A stretch of 64,000 nucleotides of DNA, from contig BLMJ01000224.1 of the NCBI GenBank assembly GCA_011960625.1, positions 97,523 to 161,522 of the forward strand. Reading direction: 5' to 3'. Positions 57,615 through 64,000 of the stretch are shown one piece after another. Source of the DNA: Lachnospiraceae bacterium (GTDB lineage: Bacteria > Bacillota > Clostridia > Lachnospirales > Lachnospiraceae). The translations under genes were made by a program, and so were the position numbers. Each line of letters starts with the position of its first letter. Positions within the stretch are counted from its first letter, which is position 1. Below the pieces are notes generated by a model. It was not told the origin of the DNA. It searched no databases and saw only the letters and a program-made list of their open reading frames with translations.

Positions 57615-59063
57615 TTAATTAGCCAATACGCCTTTTAATCTTTGTTTTACCATATTCAAACATTGCAAATAAAAATCATCCTTTAACAAGTACAGCAGAC
57701 TACCATAGACTGCCATTCCTGTAATAACCATCAGAATCAATTTGCACAAATTCGGTAATACAATTAAATTGATTATACAAACGGTAACATACATCATACC
57801 GCCTGCTATGACATAATTTTTCGCCTGGATTACAAGCCGTACAAACGAAATTTCATTTCTTATGTGGAATAGCTGCACCACATTAATCATTACTTCTGCA
57901 ATAACGGTCGCAATAACCGCTCCACATGCTCCGAAATATGGAATCAATAATAGATCAAAAGTGAAATTAAACACTGTCCCTATTAAAATACTTTTCGTAA
58001 ATAAATTCTGTCTCTTTGTCGGTATAAGATACTGTATACCTGTTACATTACTAATTCCAATCACTAATATAGTCAGACACAAAATAGATATCACAGAAAC
58101 CACTTCCTCATATCCATCGCCTAAATATAAGGGTATCATCAAACGGGCAACTCCAATTATCCCCAAACACATAGGAATTGCAATCAGTGTGACAAACCGA
58201 TAATTTTGATACATATAATCTTGTATCTTATCCATTTCATTTCTCTCGAAGTGATATCCTACTCTTGCAGTCATTACCGTAGCCAAAGAAGTAATGAACA
58301 TCATCAAAACACTTACAATCTTCTGAGCCTGATCATAGTACCCACTCTGCAAATAATCTTTGGACAGCCACCCGATCATCGGCTTGTCCAGTATCGCCGC
58401 CAACGTCAATGCCAGTGTAGGCAGAAAAAGAGAAAATACAGTACTAATATCTTTAAAAGGTCGAAGCAAACTCCATATAGGCCTGTCAATATATTTTTTT
58501 AATCTTGTAAATACCGAAATATTACCCAAAAAAGTAGAGCAACAAATAATCAATGCATATAAGGCTAAATCTTGAGGTTCGTGAACGAATATAAATATGC
58601 AGCACATCATCACAAACTTAATAATGAAATTCCTTACGGCAATTAGTTTAAAGTCTTCCACTCCCTGGAAAAACCATGAAACATCTATAATTGATGATAC
58701 GATATTTATCATAAGAATAAATGGTATGACACGAAGGTTACTATAAAATAAATACATTATATATATAAGACAACATAGAACTCCTGAAATAACTCGAAGC
58801 GATAACACATTCCAAAATATACGAGTCCGTTTTTTTCTATTTTCCTGATGGTATGATACTTCTCTTCTTCCATAAGCGACTGTCCCGATAGGTGCAATAT
58901 TCACAAAAATTGCCGTAATGGATTCCGCATAGCTATATTCCCCAATCCCGTCCGCTCCAAAAATTCTCGAAACATATGGCATAGTAATCAAAGGAACAAT
59001 CAATAAAAAAATTTGATACCCCGTATTAAATATATAGTTTTTGTAAACGCTTTTTTTCTCCAT
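57615..59063 (-). CDS. wzx: Wzx-type flippase
   Basis: 'KNYIFN..YQ....VPLITMPYVSRI.G..GIG', 'WFFQG.EDF', many TM helices. Confidence 0.9.
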   Translation of the reverse strand: MEKKSVYKNYIFNTGYQIFLLIVPLITMPYVSRIFGADGIGEYSYAESITAIFVNIAPIGTVAYGRREVSYHQENRKKRTRIFWNVLSLRVISGVLCCLIYIMYLFYSNLRVIPFILMINIVSSIIDVSWFFQGVEDFKLIAVRNFIIKFVMMCCIFIFVHEPQDLALYALIICCSTFLGNISVFTRLKKYIDRPIWSLLRPFKDISTVFSLFLPTLALTLAAILDKPMIGWLSKDYLQSGYYDQAQKIVSVLMMFITSLATVMTARVGYHFERNEMDKIQDYMYQNYRFVTLIAIPMCLGIIGVARLMIPLYLGDGYEEVVSVISILCLTILVIGISNVTGIQYLIPTKRQNLFTKSILIGTVFNFTFDLLLIPYFGACGAVIATVIAEVMINVVQLFHIRNEISFVRLVIQAKNYVIAGGMMYVTVCIINLIVLPNLCKLILMVITGMAVYGSLLYLLKDDFYLQCLNMVKQRLKGVLAN

Positions 59064-59064
59064 G

Positions 59065-60012
59065 CTAAAATATCTCTTTGAAATTTTCTATTGTAATAAC
59101 TTTCCCCATAACTCCGGCTTTATAATCCTGATATGCTTTCCGTAAAACTTTAAACCGCAGAATATCCTTTGTTATGTAAGTCTTTATCATTAAAGAATGT
59201 GCGATTAACCATGGCCTGACTTCTCTTGCAAGCTTATTGGTACAATACTTATGATCAAATGCAAAACAATTTCTATATGCATAATAATTTTTCCAATTCA
59301 CCTCATTGGAAGCTATCGGTATAATCTGCTTATGAAGCTTTGCATCCATTACCATTCTAGCTCTCGTATATTTTAGACAACGTCTGCAATAATCCGAATC
59401 ATCATAAATAATAAAATATTTATCATCCGGTAATCCAACCTTTTGAATAATTTCCCTTGCAATCAATGGTCCTTCAAATGGCATCGTAAATACTTCTATC
59501 GTATCTTTTTTAACATCATTACAAGATATAACTTTGACACGATTTTTCATTCTAAATTTAAATGGACTTGATAAATCATATTTTATACATGCAAAATCTT
59601 CAAACCCTTCATCCGTTCTATTGGGGATGCAAACCTTAAATCTATCCTCCACATTTTCCAATAACTTTCTCAAGCAGTCCTTCTCTGGAAATACATCATC
59701 ATCCATAATCCATAGATAATCCCATTCATATCCACAGACCAGCTCAAAAGCTTTCCTGAATCCTCCCGCCCCTCCTAAATTACAGTCGTTCCGATAGTAA
59801 TATATATCCTTTCTATTCCTACATATCTTACAAACCTTATTTTCAATCAAATTTGTATTTTCAAATATAATATCTGTATTATCATTTCCATTATTATTTA
59901 ATATAAATATACCGTCCAACTCGTCAATTTCTAACAATCTTTCATATAAATTTCTTAAATATTTTTCTCTGTTATATGTAACTACTACAGCAAACGTTTT
60001 TCTTTCATTCAT
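59065..60012 (-). CDS. GT2 family glycosyltransferase
   Basis: 'AVVVTYNR', 'NLGGAGGF', 'WIMDDD', 'YFI..DD.DY'. Confidence 0.9.
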   Translation of the reverse strand: MNERKTFAVVVTYNREKYLRNLYERLLEIDELDGIFILNNNGNDNTDIIFENTNLIENKVCKICRNRKDIYYYRNDCNLGGAGGFRKAFELVCGYEWDYLWIMDDDVFPEKDCLRKLLENVEDRFKVCIPNRTDEGFEDFACIKYDLSSPFKFRMKNRVKVISCNDVKKDTIEVFTMPFEGPLIAREIIQKVGLPDDKYFIIYDDSDYCRRCLKYTRARMVMDAKLHKQIIPIASNEVNWKNYYAYRNCFAFDHKYCTNKLAREVRPWLIAHSLMIKTYITKDILRFKVLRKAYQDYKAGVMGKVITIENFKEIF

Positions 60013-61198
60013 GAACCTGCTCCTTTTCTGCAAAACCTGCATATGATAATGACAAATAAAATATCATCGGAATCAAACTAGTAATCGAAGCAATCGCAAA
60101 CAATCCCCCTGTACCAACTGCAACAACGGTAGACATTCTAGATAATTTTCTTATGGAAAAAATAAGCATCAAATAGTACAATAGTATACCTGCATATCCC
60201 ATAGTATAGCGATATAATATAGCCCCTGTCATATATACGTCCGGCCGATTCACATAACCTACACCGAAAATTTTCTGATTTCCAGATAAATTGGTTAGAT
60301 ACCAGCCTGCCGCAAAGGTTCGTCCGCCAATCGCATTATATCCATTATAGTCGCTAAAAATTCTATTTAATATCATACTCATATTAAATAGATTCAGCCT
60401 GTACATAACCCATATGATAAAAGCCAGTAAGCCCATTGCAAATAAAAGCTTTAATATACGGCTCATCAATTGTCTGTCACCTTTTACAAAAATTCCCCAC
60501 AGCCAACAGCCAATCACCAATACAATTCCTTGACTAGATGTTGTTAATATCATTCCTAATGAAATAAATAAACCAAAACCTATACTTTTTTTATTCTTTC
60601 CCCATTGATAGAGTGAATACATAAGTCCAATAAAACAATATTGACACATCTGCGACGGTTCAAAGAAAAACGAACTTGGACGATATGTTCCATTATTGAC
60701 TCCAAATCGGAATAGAAAATCATACGAATCTCTTAAGTGAGCCATTATGAAATTCGAATCCAAAAGTTGCAGATGAAAATGAAAAATATAATAGCACAAT
60801 ATCTGAAGAATAATGAAAAAAGTTGCTAATAAAGAAATAATAAAAATAGTGTTAAACAAAAATATTATATCAGCTTGATTATTGTATACAGCCAGTATAT
60901 TCATAGTAACTACTACTGAAAATAAAAAATAATGTATCCAATCGCCTTCCACTCTTATCATAAAATAGATAAAAAATGCATATACAAAAATTAAATTCTT
61001 AGAAAATATTTTTTTTAAAGATAATCTCCATGCTAAAAAGGGAAACATAATGTAACAAAGTACATATGAAATACTTTGATTCGTAAATGGAACGACTATT
61101 GAACTAAAAAGTGGTAAAACTGCTAATACTAACGCATATATTTGTTTGAATCCTCTTATTTTGTAGAAATAAATTGTTCTCGAAGATACCTGTTTCAT
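60005..61198 (-). CDS. wzy: Probable Wzy polysaccharide polymerase
   Basis: About 10 TM helices, 'R.SSFFFEPS', 'T.SS.G'. Lies between glycosyltransferases. Confidence 0.75.
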   Translation of the reverse strand: MKQVSSRTIYFYKIRGFKQIYALVLAVLPLFSSIVVPFTNQSISYVLCYIMFPFLAWRLSLKKIFSKNLIFVYAFFIYFMIRVEGDWIHYFLFSVVVTMNILAVYNNQADIIFLFNTIFIISLLATFFIILQILCYYIFHFHLQLLDSNFIMAHLRDSYDFLFRFGVNNGTYRPSSFFFEPSQMCQYCFIGLMYSLYQWGKNKKSIGFGLFISLGMILTTSSQGIVLVIGCWLWGIFVKGDRQLMSRILKLLFAMGLLAFIIWVMYRLNLFNMSMILNRIFSDYNGYNAIGGRTFAAGWYLTNLSGNQKIFGVGYVNRPDVYMTGAILYRYTMGYAGILLYYLMLIFSIRKLSRMSTVVAVGTGGLFAIASITSLIPMIFYLSLSYAGFAEKEQVHE

Positions 61199-62301
61199 TT
61201 GAATTTTCCTATTAAAATATTTTCTAATTTCTTTGATTCTATTTGAATGTTATATAATGAATTTTTCATCAAGTAATATCCCTCTTCACGTTTCATATTC
61301 TGATTCATTGACAAAATAATATTCGCCCATTCATGCGAAGTTTTTTCAAGCTTCACAAATTCTACCCGGTCTGAGACTTTTGCTTCTACGGGAACAACAT
61401 CTTTCGATGTAACACATGGAAGCCCATTTGCTTGCGCCTCAATCAAGGCAATCCCTAACCCCTCATGTCTTGAAGGTAACATAAAAACATCAAACACATT
61501 CAAGTATTCATTTACGTTCTGTATATTTCCCGTCAATATAACATGCTCTTCTATATGATACTTCCTCGTCAAACCTATAACCTCTTGGCGTAATTTGCCG
61601 TCACCAATCATAAATAGAAACGAATCCGGCCTGTCCTTTAAAATCTCATTAAAAATCTCGATACTGAATAGAGGATTTTTCTGATACGCCAATCTGCCGG
61701 TTACTCCAATCACAAATGCTTCCTGAGCTATATGATATTTTTCTCTAATATGAAACCTGATTTCCGGCGAGAATTTGTATTGTTCAACATTAATGCCGTT
61801 ATATATCTTAATAGATTTTCCATCACCAAATAAAAATTTCGACGCTAAATCAGAACAGGTCAGCCTAGTGAATTTCATATGACCTAACAGAAAGCGATTT
61901 ACACAATTGACAGCCTTATAAAACAAACTGCTGTTGGCATCAATTAACATAGCATTATGCGAATGAACCACCATACGGTATCCCATATATTTCCCTATCA
62001 GCGGAGGTAAAATCCATGATGCGGACGACAGATTAAAATATATCGCTTCATATTCTTCTTTGTGTTCTCTGTATAATTTTTTTAAATCCCGCAGATGCTG
62101 TTTAACATTTTTTCTTCGAGAGGTAATGTAATATATTTTTCCTCCCTTTTTATGTATTCTCGCTTCGTGCATACACTTATTTTCTTCAATCACGTAATCA
62201 AATATGCACTCGTCTGACATTGCCTCATTCATATTTAAAAGAAAAGTTTCTATTCCTCCTAAATTTGTTCCCACTAATCCATGTACTAAGATTCTCACCA
62301 A
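61195..62301 (-). CDS. GT4 family glycosyltransferase (EpsF/CapH-like)
   Basis: 'GGIETF..N', 'HSHN', 'GRL..QKN', 'PSRHEGL....IEAQANGLP'. TTG start. Confidence 0.9.
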   Translation of the reverse strand: MVRILVHGLVGTNLGGIETFLLNMNEAMSDECIFDYVIEENKCMHEARIHKKGGKIYYITSRRKNVKQHLRDLKKLYREHKEEYEAIYFNLSSASWILPPLIGKYMGYRMVVHSHNAMLIDANSSLFYKAVNCVNRFLLGHMKFTRLTCSDLASKFLFGDGKSIKIYNGINVEQYKFSPEIRFHIREKYHIAQEAFVIGVTGRLAYQKNPLFSIEIFNEILKDRPDSFLFMIGDGKLRQEVIGLTRKYHIEEHVILTGNIQNVNEYLNVFDVFMLPSRHEGLGIALIEAQANGLPCVTSKDVVPVEAKVSDRVEFVKLEKTSHEWANIILSMNQNMKREEGYYLMKNSLYNIQIESKKLENILIGKFK

Positions 62302-62310
62302 TGCCTCCGC

Positions 62311-63261
62311 TTACTCGTATGAATGATACCTAAATTGTTCTCTAAAATCCCTATTCCCTACTTTCGTAGCTCCAATTGCATCTCTCGGATGCTGATTTGT
62401 AAGACCGGTAATAAGATAGGCAGTGTTGTATCCCCACTCTACTCCCTGTTCCTTTAGAGGGAGCATACTATATCTCACCAAATCTAATATGGGTTCTACA
62501 TGATACTTTTTCCCATTCAGATACCCTAAAAGAGCTTCCATATGGCAATTTCCTGCTCCTCTTCCTATCCCATAGGCTGTCGCATCCAAAAGCTTTGCTC
62601 CCATATTCTTTGCCTCAACTGTATTCGCAAACGCACACTGCTGATTATTGTGTGCGTGAATACCTACTAATTTTCCAACAGGACCCAGTTTGTCAGAATA
62701 AAGTCTAGTCAGCTTTCTCACTTCTTTCGGATACAAAGCGCCATAACTATCTACAATATAAACGCCCATAGCCGGAGTTTGGGATAACTGCTCTAACGCC
62801 TCCGTCACCTGCTCCATCGTACATCTGGAAATAGACATGAGATTACAGGTTGTTTCATACCCTTTAGCATCTGCATACTCAATCATCTCTATAGCCTCAG
62901 AAATCGTTTCTATGTAAGTCGCTACCCTAACCAAGTCAACTGGGCTATCTGACTTATTACGAATATCATTTCTATAATCACATCTGCCAACATCCGCCAT
63001 AATAGATATCTTCATGTTCGTAGGATTTTCTCCTACGATTTCCCGAATATCCTCATCCGAAGAAAATTTCCATTTGCCGAATTTTTCTTTAGCAAACTGC
63101 TTTTTATCAGCTCTGTATCCAAATTCCATATAGTCTACGCCTGCGGCAATATTGGCCGCGTATACACTCTTTACAAACTCATCGGTAAAGTAGAAGTTAT
63201 TGACCAAACCGCCGTCGCGCAGAGTTGCATCTAATATTTTAATTCCATCAACCTTGACCAC
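62311..63261 (-). CDS. HMGL-like (DRE-TIM) aldolase, 4-hydroxy-2-oxovalerate-aldolase-like
   Basis: 'LDATLRDGG', 'VDSYG', metal-binding 'HAHNN', 'GRGAGN'. Confidence 0.85.
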   Translation of the reverse strand: MVKVDGIKILDATLRDGGLVNNFYFTDEFVKSVYAANIAAGVDYMEFGYRADKKQFAKEKFGKWKFSSDEDIREIVGENPTNMKISIMADVGRCDYRNDIRNKSDSPVDLVRVATYIETISEAIEMIEYADAKGYETTCNLMSISRCTMEQVTEALEQLSQTPAMGVYIVDSYGALYPKEVRKLTRLYSDKLGPVGKLVGIHAHNNQQCAFANTVEAKNMGAKLLDATAYGIGRGAGNCHMEALLGYLNGKKYHVEPILDLVRYSMLPLKEQGVEWGYNTAYLITGLTNQHPRDAIGATKVGNRDFREQFRYHSYE

Positions 63262-64000
63262 GTTTCATTACCCTTCCCATTATCTTATTTGAAATCCTAT
63301 GTAATAAGTAACCTGTCATAATTGCTGTCACCGTTATCAGAAGCCAGTTCAACGGAAAGAAAAAATCTGCAAAAACATCTATAAAGAAAAATTGTACAAT
63401 ATACAATTCCATTGAACTTTTACTGATCATTTCGATTATTCCATCAATCCATCTAATATTTTTTATTTTTCGGAGTTGTTCGTCTGCCTTCCTCAAATAT
63501 AAAAACATACATACAGTACATAAAATTGCAAATATCGTTACAAAACACTGAATATAGAATAAATCTGTATGAATCTGTGCAAATTTCATAACAATTTTCA
63601 TCAAACCATACATACAAAAAAACAACACTATTTGATATATTTTCTTATTTCTTTTTTCACACTTAATATTTATATTTTTACGCAAATATAATCCTAATAC
63701 ACTGCAAAATAGCCATAAAATTTTCGCGTAAACGGAATATGTCTGCATACAATACCTGCTAAAATCTACTCTCATAAAATAGAGTACAGTAAATATAATA
63801 AGCAAAGTTATCAGCAAATATTTAACCCCTTTTGTATCATATTTCATATAGATGAATTTATAAATAAGATAGTATGCAATATAGACAATCACCATATATG
63901 ATACAAACCAGTAATTGGTTGGATATATAAATCTACTTAATATTTCTTTCCCTGAAATAAGTTCTTCTGAGGTAACGAATATCAGTAGAAGCTGCCAAAT
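63248..64000 (-). CDS. Acyltransferase-3 (OafA-like) membrane O-acyltransferase, 5' end outside the window
   Basis: Frame is open to the edge (IWQLLL..YPTNYWFVSYM). 'YWFV', 'S..S.ELYIVQ' and multiple TMs. Confidence 0.75.
   Translation of the reverse strand: MWQLLLIFVTSEELISGKEILSRFIYPTNYWFVSYMVIVYIAYYLIYKFIYMKYDTKGVKYLLITLLIIFTVLYFMRVDFSRYCMQTYSVYAKILWLFCSVLGLYLRKNINIKCEKRNKKIYQIVLFFCMYGLMKIVMKFAQIHTDLFYIQCFVTIFAILCTVCMFLYLRKADEQLRKIKNIRWIDGIIEMISKSSMELYIVQFFFIDVFADFFFPLNWLLITVTAIMTGYLLHRISNKIMGRVMKRGQG

Overview
A 64-kb chromosomal segment from a spore-forming, Lachnospiraceae-like Clostridia (inferred from spoIVA, gene content and protein style), coded mostly on the minus strand. Positions ~1-51.6 kb are mainly core genes: a sortase-anchored glucosaminidase, mgsA, topB, ppk1, asd, argH, queH, cinA-pgsA-rimO, rpoZ-gmk-yicC, rqcH, pheA, pyrBI, RNase P RNA, a GH13 hydrolase, rnhA, spoIVA, gpsA-plsY-der, aroD, a TPP-riboswitch-controlled thiM-thiED operon and a LexA-boxed Y-family polymerase/YolD pair. 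This part also holds a decayed MATE pseudogene, a truncated AAA ATPase and copies of a small CTAG-ended palindromic repeat. Positions 51.7-64 kb are a visibly AT-richer Wzx/Wzy-dependent polysaccharide locus running off the right edge. Its most striking content is a contiguous cassette of LicD, an IspD/TarI cytidylyltransferase, an RpiB isomerase, a DXS-like ThDP enzyme with a remodelled acceptor pocket and an SDR reductase, plus a DRE-TIM aldolase further upstream. Together these suggest a dedicated, apparently uncharacterised CDP-(deoxy)alditol pathway. One glycosyltransferase in the locus is frameshifted in a G11 tract (candidate phase variation). Other leads are a GNAT-TM-RsiV/PdaC-like fusion, a perfect 20-bp hairpin enclosing the rqcH stop codon, and structured leaders upstream of pyrB and mogA. 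All family calls come from motif recognition by eye; no database searches or GC computations were run.
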